Shown: in pieces, positions 29,801 through 39,051 of the stretch
How positions within the stretch are numbered: position 1 is the stretch's first letter
Layout: each line of letters starts with the position of its first letter
NCBI GenBank assembly: GCA_045133915.1
Contig: JBGUUX010000049.1
Coordinates: 1-49,088, forward strand
Length of the DNA stretch: 49,088 nt
Direction: 5' to 3'
From: Eubacteriales bacterium
GTDB lineage: Bacteria > Bacillota > Clostridia > Oscillospirales > CAG-272
Translations under genes and position numbers: made by a program
The notes under the pieces: generated by a model
What the model was told of the DNA's origin: nothing
The model's database searches: none
The model's input: only the letters and a program-made list of their open reading frames with translations

Positions 29801-30590
29801 TAAGACATACGGGCTTTGTTCTGCCAAGCTCTTTACGTGTATTTATATAGTCGTTATATGCTTCCTCAAGCAGAGCGTCCTCAAACTTAACGTTATCGAT
29901 CTCGGTTAAGAATGTGGTGTGTCTGCAGTGGTCGGACCAGTATGTATCGATCATACGGATCTCGGTGATAGTGGGGTTACGACCTTCGGTACGGAAGTAG
30001 TCACGGCAGAAACGGATGTCGTCAAGGTCCATTGCAAGACCGAGGTCAGCCATAAGCCCAGAAAGAGACTTGTCGCACATATCGATAAAGCCGTCAACTG
30101 TTGCTACCTCTGTGGGGATTTCATAGTTTACCTTGAGGGTCTCGGGCATATCAAGGGTTGCCTCACGAGCCTCAACAGGGTTGATAACGTACTTCTTGAT
30201 CTTAGCTACGTCATCAGCGGTAAGTGTACCCTCAAGAGCGTAAACTCTTGCAGTACGGATAAGAGGTCTCTCGCCCTGAGAGATGATCTGGATACACTGA
30301 GCCGCAGAGTCTGCGCGCTGGTCATACTGACCGGGCAGATACTCGGTAGCAAATACTACACCGTCCATCTCGGGAAGAGTCTCAAAGGTATCGTCAAGCT
30401 GGGGCTCGGAGAATACGGTGTTAACCGCATAATCAAAGAGATCCTTTTCGATACCCTCGCAGTCATATCTGTTAAAAAGTCTTACCTTGGTAAGGCCCTC
30501 GATACCGAGCAGAGACTTTGCATCGGAGAGAAGGGCTCTTGCCTCGTTGTCAAGACCTGTTTTCTTTTCTACAAAAATTCTAAATACCAT
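26898..30590 (-). CDS. purL: Phosphoribosylformylglycinamidine synthase, large fused PurL+glutaminase form
   Basis: YWSDHCRH, KNETHNHP, DFGAGG, ESQERM, GGKDSMS; glutaminase GICNGFQ and MGHSER. Start ATG 30590 behind AGGTGA. Confidence 0.96.
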   Translation of the reverse strand: MVFRIFVEKKTGLDNEARALLSDAKSLLGIEGLTKVRLFNRYDCEGIEKDLFDYAVNTVFSEPQLDDTFETLPEMDGVVFATEYLPGQYDQRADSAAQCIQIISQGERPLIRTARVYALEGTLTADDVAKIKKYVINPVEAREATLDMPETLKVNYEIPTEVATVDGFIDMCDKSLSGLMADLGLAMDLDDIRFCRDYFRTEGRNPTITEIRMIDTYWSDHCRHTTFLTEIDNVKFEDALLEEAYNDYINTRKELGRTKPVCLMDIATLAVRYLKKEGKLEKLDESEEINACTVKIDVEHDGKREPWLLLFKNETHNHPTEIEPFGGAATCIGGAIRDPLSGRSYVYAAMRVTGAADPTKPISETMEGKLPQRKLVTTAAAGYSSYGNQIGLATGQVDEIYHDGYAAKRMEIGAVIAAAPAENVRRERPEDGDIVVLLGGRTGRDGCGGATGSSKSHNLQSLESCGAEVQKGNAPEERKLQRLFRNKEASQLIKRCNDFGAGGVSVAIGELADGLVIDLNAVPKKYDGLDGTELAISESQERMAVVVEAKDVERFCELADSENLEATVVAKVQAEARLVMHWNGKAIVDLSREFLNSNGASKHIDIAPAKPECYCKKVEGSFTDNYKAVASDLNTCSKRGLSERFDSTIGAGTVLMPFGGKYQLTPIQAMVNKISTETGDTSTVSLMSWGYNPFITEKSPYHGAYLAVVESVSKLIATGASYEDVYLTFQEYFEKPGTDAKRWGKPLAALLGAFKAQKNMGIGSIGGKDSMSGSFEKLDVPPTLVSFAVTTDDIKNIISPEFKSAGHRVAILRTEYDENHLPKTDSLIANYNKVAELVRAGKVAAAYTPTLGGIAEAVYKMAIGNGIGFKYDDAMTVADIFGYNYGAFILEMVDSTEVGETLGYTVEEGVISLGDEKVCLCGLNKLYEGKLEDVYRCNIDFNTEKPENYRFNAESYPQVRTKVTKPKVLIPVFPGTNCEFDTAKAAQRAGLDTEIIVIKNLTAQGIADSVDYFAKQAENAQIIAIPGGFSGGDEPDGSGKFITAFFRNKAVKDAVHGLLRNRDGLMLGICNGFQALIKLGLVPYGEIIDTDENCPTLTFNTIARHQSKLVRTAIASNKSPWLMGTKAGEVYTVPISHGEGRFLGSDELIAKLAANGQIATQYCDLDGNATYDIAFNPNNSAHAIEGITSPDGRVLGKMGHSERIGTGLYKNVEGTYEMNLFNSAFKYFNN

Positions 30591-30600
30591 AAATTTCACC

Positions 30601-31869
30601 TTATTTCAGCGCATCAAGTGCACGTTTTCCGATATCGCTTCTGCGATATGCGTTTTCAAAATGAACCTTGTCGGAATATGCGTAAGCTTCCTTAACTGCA
30701 GTCTCAAGTGTGTCGCCGATAGCAACTACACCGAGAACTCGTCCGCCGCCTGTAACAACCTTGCCGTCAGCAAACTTGGCGCCTGCTACGTAAACCTCGC
30801 GGTCAGCCTCTCTTTCGGGAAGTGTGATCTCAAAGCCTGTGTCATACTTACCGGGATAGCCGTTAGATGCTATAACAACACAGCAAGCAGAAGCGTCCTT
30901 GATCTTTATCATGTCGGAGGTAAGTGTACCCTCACGGCAAGCCTTCATAACAGAGAGAAGGTCGCAGTCAAGAAGAGGAAGAACTACCTGTGTTTCGGGA
31001 TCACCGAAGCGGCAGTTATACTCGATAACCTTAGGACCGTCCTTGGTCAGCATAAGACCGAAGTAGAGACAACCCTTAAATGCTCTGCCTTCCTTTGCCA
31101 TAGCATCAACAGTGGGAAGGAATATCTTTTCCATACACTCAGCCGCTACTGCATCTGTATAGTAGGGGTTGGGAGCGATAGTACCCATACCGCCTGTATT
31201 AAGACCCTGGTCGTTATCAAGGGCACGCTTGTGGTCCATAGAAGAAACCATGGGAACGCAGGTCTTGCCGTCAACGAAGGCAAGAACAGAAACCTCGGGA
31301 CCTTCGAGGAACTCTTCGATTACGATAGAGCTGCCGCTGTCGCCGAAAACCTTATCCTCCATTGCAGCCTTGATAGCATCAACTGCCTCCTCGCGGGTCA
31401 TTGCGATAACAACGCCCTTACCCAGAGCAAGACCGTCAGCCTTGATTACTGTGGGGATAGGAGCTGTCTTGATATACTCAAGAGCAGCCTCAGCATCGGT
31501 AAATACTTCATAAGTTGCGGTAGGAATACCGTACTTCTTCATAAGGTTCTTTGAGAATACCTTAGAGCCTTCGATGATAGCCGCTGCCTTGTTAGGACCA
31601 AAGCAAGGAACACCAACTGCCTCAAGGGCATCTACACAACCGAGCACCAGAGGATCATCGGGTGCTACAACTGCAAAGTCAATTTTGTTGTCAAGTGCAA
31701 ACTTAACGATGTTGTCTATATCCTTTGCTCCGATAGCTACAAGCTCGGCATCAGCTGCCATACCTGCGTTACCGGGAAGGGCATATATCTTCTCAATAGA
31801 AGAATTTTCTTTTAACTTTTTAATTATTGCGTGTTCACGGCCACCGCCGCCTACGACCATAATATTCAT
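30601..31869 (-). CDS. purD: Phosphoribosylamine--glycine ligase
   Basis: GGGGREHA, KADGLALGKGV, NTGGMG, EYNCRFGDPE, GGRVL. Confidence 0.97.
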   Translation of the reverse strand: MNIMVVGGGGREHAIIKKLKENSSIEKIYALPGNAGMAADAELVAIGAKDIDNIVKFALDNKIDFAVVAPDDPLVLGCVDALEAVGVPCFGPNKAAAIIEGSKVFSKNLMKKYGIPTATYEVFTDAEAALEYIKTAPIPTVIKADGLALGKGVVIAMTREEAVDAIKAAMEDKVFGDSGSSIVIEEFLEGPEVSVLAFVDGKTCVPMVSSMDHKRALDNDQGLNTGGMGTIAPNPYYTDAVAAECMEKIFLPTVDAMAKEGRAFKGCLYFGLMLTKDGPKVIEYNCRFGDPETQVVLPLLDCDLLSVMKACREGTLTSDMIKIKDASACCVVIASNGYPGKYDTGFEITLPEREADREVYVAGAKFADGKVVTGGGRVLGVVAIGDTLETAVKEAYAYSDKVHFENAYRRSDIGKRALDALK

Positions 31870-31899
31870 TAATTTATTACCTCTATTTACAGCAATGTC

Positions 31900-31972
31900 T
31901 TATTTCGGGCATCTAAAGAGCAGTTAACTGTGACTGCATGCCCGATTATTCGCTGCAGGCCGGGCCTGCTTA
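31900..31972 (-). repeat. Dispersed structured intergenic element, copy 2 (after purH stop)
   Basis: Minus strand: TAA-GCAGGC(CCG)GCCTGC-AGCGAATAATCGGGCAT...ATGCCCGAAAT. Confidence 0.6.
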
Positions 31973-33154
31973 ATGATGGAATAATCTCATTCCTGTGAAG
32001 GCTATTGCCATGCCGTACTTGTCGGCACACTCGATAACCACGTCGTCACGGATAGATCCGCCGGGCTCAGCAATGTACTTAACACCCGACTTCTTTGCGC
32101 GCTCGATATTGTCGCTGAAGGGGAAGAATGCATCAGAACCGAGAGCTACACCGTCGATAGAATCAAGGTATGCTCTGATCTCCTCGTCGGTAAGGGGAGC
32201 GGGCTGCTCGGTAAAGTACTTCTGCCAGTTGCCGTCTGCGCAAACGTCCTCTTCGTTACGGTTGATATAACCGTCGATTACGTTGTCACGGTCGGGACGG
32301 CCGAGAGTATCCTTGAATGGGAGGTTGAGAACCTTGTCATACTGACGAAGGAACCATGTATCTGCCTTAGAGCCTGCGAGACGTGTACAGTGAACACGGC
32401 TCTGCTGACCTGCACCTACACCGATAGCCTGTCCGTCTACTGCAAAGCATACGGAGTTGGACTGAGTGTACTTAAGGGTGATAAGGGAGATGATAAGGTC
32501 ACGCTTAGCGGACTCGGGAATATCCTTGTTAGCTGTTACAACGTTTGTAAGAAGCTCACGGTCGATCTTGAAGTTGTTTCTTCCCTGCTCAAAGGTGATA
32601 CCGTAAACCTGCTTGTGCTCGATCTCAGCGGGAACGTAGTTGGGATCGATCTCAACGATGTTGTAATTACCCTTACGCTTGGACTTGAGGATCTCAAGAG
32701 CTTCGGGCTCATAGCCGGGAGCGATAACACCGTCAGAAACCTCACGCTTGATCATAAGAGCGGTAGTAACGTCACATACATCAGAAAGCGCTACCCAGTC
32801 ACCGAAGGAACACATACGGTCTGTACCTCTTGCTCTTGCATAAGCGCAAGCGAGGGGGCTTTCGTCCAGACCTTCGATATCGTCAACGAAACAAGCCTTC
32901 TTGAGCTTGTCGGAGAGAGGAAGGCCTACTGCCGCAGAGGTGGGGGAAACGTGCTTAAAAGAAGTAACTGCAGGCAAGCCGAGAGCTTCTTTGAGCTCCT
33001 TTACAAGCTGCCAGGAGTTGAAAGCATCAAGAAAGTTGATGAAGCCGGGACGTCCGCAGAGGATCTTGATGGGAAGCTCTGTGCCGTCGTGCATAAAGAT
33101 CTTTGCAGGCTTCTGGTTGGGGTTACAACCGTATTTAAGTTCAAATTCTGTCAT
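31970..33154 (-). CDS. purH: AICAR transformylase, stand-alone (PurH lacking the N-terminal IMP cyclohydrolase domain)
   Basis: Begins at LKYGCNPNQ; SFKHVSP, KYTQSNSV, GAGQQSR, SDAFFPF, PGGSIRD; only 394 aa. Confidence 0.9.
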   Translation of the reverse strand: MTEFELKYGCNPNQKPAKIFMHDGTELPIKILCGRPGFINFLDAFNSWQLVKELKEALGLPAVTSFKHVSPTSAAVGLPLSDKLKKACFVDDIEGLDESPLACAYARARGTDRMCSFGDWVALSDVCDVTTALMIKREVSDGVIAPGYEPEALEILKSKRKGNYNIVEIDPNYVPAEIEHKQVYGITFEQGRNNFKIDRELLTNVVTANKDIPESAKRDLIISLITLKYTQSNSVCFAVDGQAIGVGAGQQSRVHCTRLAGSKADTWFLRQYDKVLNLPFKDTLGRPDRDNVIDGYINRNEEDVCADGNWQKYFTEQPAPLTDEEIRAYLDSIDGVALGSDAFFPFSDNIERAKKSGVKYIAEPGGSIRDDVVIECADKYGMAIAFTGMRLFHH

Positions 33155-33165
33155 TGATAATCTCC

Positions 33166-33879
33166 TTACACGTTCTTGTTAATAATAATTTCGGTAGGCT
33201 CACTGCCGTCAAGAGGAATCTGACGAACAAAGAGAGAAACCTTGTTATCTTCATTGAGGTTCTCCCAGCAGAGATCTGCAAGTTCCTTTGCGGTGTTGGG
33301 AAGAGTTACCTCTTCGGGCTCACCGTAGAAGGAAGGAATGGGATTACCGTCACACTTATATGTATGGATAAAGTGACCGATACCTGCTTCAGAAGCATAC
33401 TCATAGAAGAAACGCTGACAAACAGGACGTCCGTTTGCGCTCTTTAAGATAGAAAGCTTGTAGGTGAAGTCACCCTCGGCATAGTTTAAGATGCCGGAGA
33501 TACGGGGAGTAAAGTTGGGGTGGTCGGGCTCGTATTCACGAGTTCTAAGAGACTCCTCAAAGGTCTTACCCTCGTTTACAAAATCGAAAATTGTATTGGT
33601 CTGATCACCGTTGGTGATGATGTCGGTCTTACCCTCGTTTGCACTGAGGTAAGGATTGTAGATGATAAGGCTGGGATCAGAGAGCTTGGACTCGTCAAAA
33701 GCCTTGGTTCTCATACCGCCGTCAAAACGCTCAAAAATGCGGTTACGGCTGTTTTCGCTACGACCCATAATGAAATATGCAATCATAGCAGACTTGCCGT
33801 CAGCAGACTTACCTACAACGATACCTCTGCCGGGATAAGAGTTCTCGGAAAGTAAACTCTTTAAATCAAACATTGCCAT
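33166..33879 (-). CDS. IMP cyclohydrolase, archaeal PurO-like
   Basis: YPGRG, YFIMGRS..SRNR, IIYN, TNGDQT, YEPD.PNFTPRISG; sits next to the truncated purH. Confidence 0.88.
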   Translation of the reverse strand: MAMFDLKSLLSENSYPGRGIVVGKSADGKSAMIAYFIMGRSENSRNRIFERFDGGMRTKAFDESKLSDPSLIIYNPYLSANEGKTDIITNGDQTNTIFDFVNEGKTFEESLRTREYEPDHPNFTPRISGILNYAEGDFTYKLSILKSANGRPVCQRFFYEYASEAGIGHFIHTYKCDGNPIPSFYGEPEEVTLPNTAKELADLCWENLNEDNKVSLFVRQIPLDGSEPTEIIINKNV

Positions 33880-33883
33880 TATA

Positions 33884-34489
33884 TTATTCCTCCGAAATTA
33901 TCTTGTTGCTAACCTTTTCAACTGCGGCGGGCAGGATCTTCCACTCTGCCTCTTCCATAACACGCTTCTGCAGCACCTCGGGGGTGTCACCCTCCTCGAT
34001 ACAAACAGCCTTCTGCATGATTATCTCACCGCCGTCGGGTATCTCGTTTACAAAATGTACTGTAGCGCCTGTTACCTTGACACCGTAGCCCAGAGCCGCC
34101 TCGTGAACGCGAAGTCCGTAGAATCCCGCACCGCAGAAGGAGGGGATAAGCGAGGGGTGAACGTTTAATATACGCTTGGGATAACGGGAGGTAAAGTTTT
34201 CGCTAAGTATGCACATAAAGCCTGCAAGAACGATAAGCTGAATCTCATTTTCCTCTAAGAGAGAAATGATCTTAGCTTCAAACTCTTCCTGTGTTGTCTT
34301 CTTGACTACCGCAGTCTTTATATTTGCCTTTGCGGCACGCTCAAGGGCGTATGCGCCTTCCTTGTTGGATATAACAAGTGCGATCTCGCCGCTGTTTATA
34401 ATACCTGGGTTCTGTGCATCGATAAGCGCCTGAAGGTTTGTACCGCCTCCCGATACCAGAACCGCTATTTTACATTTGTTATTATTCAT
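33884..34489 (-). CDS. purN: Phosphoribosylglycinamide formyltransferase
   Basis: VSGGGTNLQA, LAGFM, NVHPSL, GATVHFV..DGG. Confidence 0.96.
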   Translation of the reverse strand: MNNNKCKIAVLVSGGGTNLQALIDAQNPGIINSGEIALVISNKEGAYALERAAKANIKTAVVKKTTQEEFEAKIISLLEENEIQLIVLAGFMCILSENFTSRYPKRILNVHPSLIPSFCGAGFYGLRVHEAALGYGVKVTGATVHFVNEIPDGGEIIMQKAVCIEEGDTPEVLQKRVMEEAEWKILPAAVEKVSNKIISEE

Positions 34490-34499
34490 TGTTACCGAT

Positions 34500-34569
34500 A
34501 TTCCTCCATTTCGTGTGATGTGTTCACACTAAACTTAGGGCGTTATTGGCCGCGGCAACTTGCCGCTTA
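34500..34569 (-). repeat. Dispersed structured intergenic element, copy 3 (after purM stop; more diverged)
   Basis: Minus strand: TAA-GCGGCA(AGT)TGCCGC-GGCCAATAACG...CGAAATGGAGGAAT. Confidence 0.45.
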
Positions 34570-35607
34570 GCAAATTACAACAGGCTCGTCACCCTTGAAG
34601 GTCTCGCCGATGATGTATGCATCCTCGCCGTTTGCACGGAGGATCTCGAGAGCCTTGTCAGCGTCTTCCTTAGCTACGACAACGCTCATACCAACGCCCA
34701 TGTTGAAGGTGTTGAACATATCTCTCTCGGGGATGTTGCCTGTCTTTGCAAGAAGATCGAAGATAGGAAGAACACGAACTGCAGACTTTTCGATCTTAGC
34801 ACCGAAGCCCTTGGGAAGAGATCTCGGAATATTTTCATAGAAGCCGCCGCCTGTGATGTGGGAAACAGCCTTAACCTTAACCTCATCAAAGAGAGCGAGC
34901 ATAGGCTTAACGTAGATCTTGGTAGGAGTGAGAAGGGTCTCGCCTACACTCTTGCCGCCAAGCTCTGCAACGGGAACCTTGATGTCGTTCTTCTCAACGT
35001 CAAATACCTTACGAACAAGGGAGAAGCCGTTGGAGTGAACACCGGAGGAAGGAAGAGCGATGATAACGTCACCCTCGGTAACGGTGGTCTTGTCTACGAT
35101 CTTAGAACGGTCAACCACGCCTACGGTAAAGCCTGCAAGGTCGTACTCGTCGATGGGGTAGAAACCGGGCATCTCTGCGGTCTCACCGCCGATAAGAGCC
35201 GCACCGGACTGAACACAACCCTCTGCAATACCGGATACGATGTTAGCGATCTTCTCGGGGAAGTTCTTGCCACATGCGATATAGTCGAGGAAGAAGAGGG
35301 GCTTTGCGCCAACGCAGATAACGTCGTTTACACACATAGCAACACAGTCGATACCAACTGTATCGTGCTTGTCCATAAGGAACGCCATCTTTAACTTAGT
35401 ACCAACGCCGTCGGTACCGGAAACAAGCACGGGTCTCTCCATGCCCTTTACGTCAAGCTCGAAAAGACCGCCGAAACCGCCGATGTCACTTACAACACCG
35501 CTGGTCATTGTCTTTGCGATATGACTCTTCATTAATTCTACTGCTTTATAGCCGGCGGTAATATCAACACCGGACGCCTTATAGCTTTCGCTGAAACTCT
35601 TTTCCAT
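34567..35607 (-). CDS. purM: Phosphoribosylformylglycinamidine cyclo-ligase (AIR synthetase)
   Basis: [41 protein letters not shown]; start at MEKSF. Confidence 0.97.
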   Translation of the reverse strand: MEKSFSESYKASGVDITAGYKAVELMKSHIAKTMTSGVVSDIGGFGGLFELDVKGMERPVLVSGTDGVGTKLKMAFLMDKHDTVGIDCVAMCVNDVICVGAKPLFFLDYIACGKNFPEKIANIVSGIAEGCVQSGAALIGGETAEMPGFYPIDEYDLAGFTVGVVDRSKIVDKTTVTEGDVIIALPSSGVHSNGFSLVRKVFDVEKNDIKVPVAELGGKSVGETLLTPTKIYVKPMLALFDEVKVKAVSHITGGGFYENIPRSLPKGFGAKIEKSAVRVLPIFDLLAKTGNIPERDMFNTFNMGVGMSVVVAKEDADKALEILRANGEDAYIIGETFKGDEPVVIC

Positions 35608-35621
35608 TTTTATATTCTCCC

Positions 35622-36113
35622 TTAGTTGTATTTTTCGCAAACTTCTTTGTCTGCTGCGTAGATCTTTTCTGTATTAGCTCTTCTCTGTGCATCAAGCTTT
35701 GCTGCAAGGTCAGCGTCTGTGATGGCAAGCATCTGGATAGCAAGCAGAGCTGCGTTTGCCGCACCGTTTATTGCAACGGTTGCAACAGGCATACCTGTGG
35801 GCATCTGCACTGTAGAGAGCAGAGCGTCCATACCGTCAAAGGTAGAGCCCTTCACGGGAATACCGATTACGGGAAGTGTGGTGTTTGCCGCAAAAGCACC
35901 TGCAAGGTGAGCTGCCATACCCGCTGCGCAGATAATAGCACCGAAATCATTTTCACGAGCCTTAAGTGCATACTCTCTTGCAGCCTCGGGGGTGCGGTGA
36001 GCACTCATAACTCTTACCTCGTAAGGCACGCCGAAATCCTTTAAGGTATCAACTGCCTTCTCAACTACGGGCAGGTCGCTTGTGCTGCCCATGATGATCG
36101 CAACTTTTTTCAT
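35622..36113 (-). CDS. purE: N5-CAIR mutase (class I-type PurE)
   Basis: [31 protein letters not shown]. Confidence 0.96.
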   Translation of the reverse strand: MKKVAIIMGSTSDLPVVEKAVDTLKDFGVPYEVRVMSAHRTPEAAREYALKARENDFGAIICAAGMAAHLAGAFAANTTLPVIGIPVKGSTFDGMDALLSTVQMPTGMPVATVAINGAANAALLAIQMLAITDADLAAKLDAQRRANTEKIYAADKEVCEKYN

Positions 36114-36162
36114 TGATCTATCCTCACTTAAATTTTAATCTTTCAAAGCAACCGTCCTTTAG

Positions 36163-36272
36163 AAAAACAAAAAGGGCAGTCCTATCTTGTGAACAGGACT
36201 GCCCAGACGGTCGACATAATATCCACCTTGCTTCCTTGTGGTTTATTCCACTTTTCCGTCAGTTACAAGGTG
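36163..36272 (-). ncRNA. ZMP/ZTP (pfl) riboswitch with transcription-terminator expression platform
   Basis: Minus strand: P1 CACCUUG/CAAGGUG enclosing UAACUGACGG and P2 GUGG/CCAC; P3 GUCGACCGUCUGGGC whose CCGUC pairs with GACGG (pseudoknot); overlapping terminator GGGCAGUCCU/AGGACUGCCC plus U tract; upstream of pur genes and fhs. Confidence 0.92.
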
Positions 36273-36289
36273 CTTTTTACTACCCTTTA

Positions 36290-36318
36290 ATTCTATCATA
36301 AAGAGGCAGTTAAATCAA
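36290..36318 (-). promoter_or_regulatory. sigma-A promoter of the pur leader
   Basis: Minus-strand TTGATT-17 nt-TAGAAT with TG extension. Confidence 0.6.
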
Positions 36319-36354
36319 TGTCGCAAATGTAAACAAAGACAGTCCGTATAAGGA

Positions 36355-36777
36355 TTATTTCTGTTTAGCCACGGACTCACAGTAGATACAGCGGTAAACT
36401 CTGTTCTCACGGTCTGTGAGCTTGAACACGTGATCAAGCTCCTGCTCGCAGGAGGTGATACAACGGGGATTCTTGCATTTGATAACATTGGTTATGCTTT
36501 CAGGCAGCTCAAGGTGATGCTTGTCAACTATCTCGCCGTCCTTAATTACGTTAACGGTGATGCCGGGATCGATATAACCGAGAGCCTTAAGGTCGAGCTC
36601 GATGAGCTCGTCTATCTTGATAATGTCCTTCTTACCCATCTTTCCGCTTACCGCATTCTTGATGATGGCAAGGTGACAGTCAAGTCTGTCAAGCTTAAGT
36701 ACACGGTATATCTCCATAGCCATACCTGCCTTGATATGGTCGATAACGTATCCGTTCTTGATGGAATCTATATTCAT
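36355..36777 (-). CDS. pyrI: Aspartate carbamoyltransferase regulatory chain
   Basis: [17 protein letters not shown], zinc motifs CKNPRCIT and CIYCE; ATGA overlap with pyrB. Confidence 0.95.
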   Translation of the reverse strand: MNIDSIKNGYVIDHIKAGMAMEIYRVLKLDRLDCHLAIIKNAVSGKMGKKDIIKIDELIELDLKALGYIDPGITVNVIKDGEIVDKHHLELPESITNVIKCKNPRCITSCEQELDHVFKLTDRENRVYRCIYCESVAKQK

Positions 36778-37691
36778 GCCTCTACCTCCAACAGCTTCAT
36801 AATAAGTGCCATACGGACGTATCTGCCGCAAGCAACCTGCTTAAAGTAACATGCTCTGGGATCATCGTCTATTTCAACCGAGATCTCGTTAACTCTGGGC
36901 AGGGGATGAAGAATGCACATATCCTTGTTTGCATATTCCATCTTATCCTTGGTGAGGATATAGCTGTCCTTAAGACGGATATAGTCAGCCTCGTTAAAGA
37001 AGCGCTCCTGCTGAACACGGGTCATATAAAGGACGTCAAGGTCCTTCATAGCTGCAGTAAGATCTGCAGTCTCTACGTATTCCATATTATTCTTGTCAAG
37101 AACGTCAGTCTTGATGTAAGCAGGAAGCTTAAGCTCATCAGGGGAGATAAGAACGATCTTGATGCCTGTGTGGCGAGAGAGGGCAGAAATAAGAGAGTGT
37201 ACTGTTCTGCCAAACTTAAGGTCGCCGCAGAAGCCGATGGTAAGGTCGTTGAGTCTTCCCTTCTCTCTTCTGATGGTAAGAAGGTCAGTGAGGGTCTGTG
37301 TGGGATGGAAATGACCGCCGTCACCTGCGTTGATTATCGGCACGTTGCTCTTGAAGGTAGCAACAAGGGGCGCACCCTCTTTAGGATGACGCATAGCGAT
37401 GATGTCAGAATAGCAGGAAACTACCTGTATAGTATCGGAAACGCTCTCGCCCTTGGAAGCTGAAGAACTCTTAGCCTCAGAGAAGCCAAGCACACTACCG
37501 CCCAGAGAAAGCATAGCAGACTCAAAGGAAAGACGGGTACGTGTGGAGGGCTCGAAGAAAAGGGTAGCAAGCTTCTTGTACTTACAAACGTCACGGTACT
37601 TATCGGGGTTAGCGATAATATCATCCGCACGGTCAAGAAGCTCTGTTATTTCCTCTGTTGTAAAATCTAAAATATCAATTAAATGTCTCAT
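36774..37691 (-). CDS. pyrB: Aspartate carbamoyltransferase catalytic chain
   Basis: [32 protein letters not shown]. Confidence 0.97.
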   Translation of the reverse strand: MRHLIDILDFTTEEITELLDRADDIIANPDKYRDVCKYKKLATLFFEPSTRTRLSFESAMLSLGGSVLGFSEAKSSSASKGESVSDTIQVVSCYSDIIAMRHPKEGAPLVATFKSNVPIINAGDGGHFHPTQTLTDLLTIRREKGRLNDLTIGFCGDLKFGRTVHSLISALSRHTGIKIVLISPDELKLPAYIKTDVLDKNNMEYVETADLTAAMKDLDVLYMTRVQQERFFNEADYIRLKDSYILTKDKMEYANKDMCILHPLPRVNEISVEIDDDPRACYFKQVACGRYVRMALIMKLLEVEA

Positions 37692-38320
37692 TTGTTTATC
37701 CAGCTTTCGTCAGAGGGATTAGCTCTGAATTTCTTAAGTCTTTCGATATCCTCAGCCTTGATGTAACCGATCTCAGCCGCAACCTCGCATACTGTATCAA
37801 AGTCGGTAAGGCTGGTGTTAACTACGTTAGCTGCAGCCATACGGTCGATACCCTTCTGCATACCGTATGTGAAGATGGAAACAACGCCAAGAACCTCAGC
37901 GCCTGCCTCACGGAGAACGTCAACTACTTCAAGAACAGAGCCGCCTGTGGAGATAAGGTCCTCGATTACAACTACCTTCTGACCGGGAAGAAGTTTACCC
38001 TCGATCTGGTTCTGTCTGCCGTGGTCCTTTGCGCCACTACGTACGTAACCCATAGGCATATCAAGCATATGAGCGGTGATAGCTGCGTGTGCAATACCTG
38101 CGGTGCTTGTACCCATAAGTACTTCACACTCGGGGTAAAGCTCCTTAACCTTCTGCGCAAGAGAAGACTCGATAAGAGTTCTTACCTCGGGAGCTGTAAG
38201 GGTGAGTCTGTTATCACAATAAATAGGGCTCTTGATGCCGCTTGCCCAGGTAAAGGGCTCGTCGGGACGAAGAAAAACTGCACCTATGGAAAGTAAACCT
38301 TTTGCTACTGCTTTATTCAT
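37688..38320 (-). CDS. pyrE: Orotate phosphoribosyltransferase
   Basis: [31 protein letters not shown]. Confidence 0.97.
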   Translation of the reverse strand: MNKAVAKGLLSIGAVFLRPDEPFTWASGIKSPIYCDNRLTLTAPEVRTLIESSLAQKVKELYPECEVLMGTSTAGIAHAAITAHMLDMPMGYVRSGAKDHGRQNQIEGKLLPGQKVVVIEDLISTGGSVLEVVDVLREAGAEVLGVVSIFTYGMQKGIDRMAAANVVNTSLTDFDTVCEVAAEIGYIKAEDIERLKKFRANPSDESWINK

Positions 38321-38352
38321 TTTTATATTCTCCTTAAATCAACTTATTGTTA

Positions 38353-39051
38353 TCAGTCGCAGAACTCAGCAACACATCTTCTGTATGCTGCAACGGGATC
38401 CCCTGCCGCTGTGATAGGTCTGCCCACAACGATGTAGTCGGAGCCGATCTCCTTAGCCTTAGCGGGAGTGGTTACACGAACCTGATCGCCGATGTCACCG
38501 TCAGCAAAACGTACACCGGGAGTAACGGTAAGAAATTCCTTGCCGCACTTTTCCTTAACCTTGCCTGCCTCAAGGGGAGAACAAACAACACCGTCAAGAC
38601 CTGCAAGCTTTGCATTGTGAGCGTAGTGCATAACTACCTCGTCGATAGGCTTTTCGATAAGCAGATCGTTTGTCATACGCTCCTGGCTTGTGGAGGTAAG
38701 CTGAGTTACAGCGATAAGAAGGGGTCTTGTACCGTCGGGACGGGTAAGGCCTTCAAGAGCAGCCTCCATCATAGCGATGGTACCGCTTGCGTGGAGGTTA
38801 CACATGTCTACGTTGAGGCTGGAAAGAACAGCCATAGACTTCTTAACTGTGTTGGGAATATCGTGGAGCTTGAGGTCAAGGAATATCTTGTGTCCTCTCT
38901 CCTTAAGCTTTCTTACCATATCGGCACCTGCCGCATAGTAGAGCTCCATACCGATCTTTACGTAGGGCTTTTCTTCCTTAAAATTATCAAGGAACTTTAA
39001 TGTTGCTTCCTCTGACGAAAAGTCACAGGCAATGATAACGTCGCGTCCCAT
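38353..39051 (-). CDS. pyrF: Orotidine-5'-phosphate decarboxylase
   Basis: IFLDLKLHDIPNT, VTQLTS, TPGVR, VVGRPIT. Confidence 0.97.
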   Translation of the reverse strand: MGRDVIIACDFSSEEATLKFLDNFKEEKPYVKIGMELYYAAGADMVRKLKERGHKIFLDLKLHDIPNTVKKSMAVLSSLNVDMCNLHASGTIAMMEAALEGLTRPDGTRPLLIAVTQLTSTSQERMTNDLLIEKPIDEVVMHYAHNAKLAGLDGVVCSPLEAGKVKEKCGKEFLTVTPGVRFADGDIGDQVRVTTPAKAKEIGSDYIVVGRPITAAGDPVAAYRRCVAEFCD

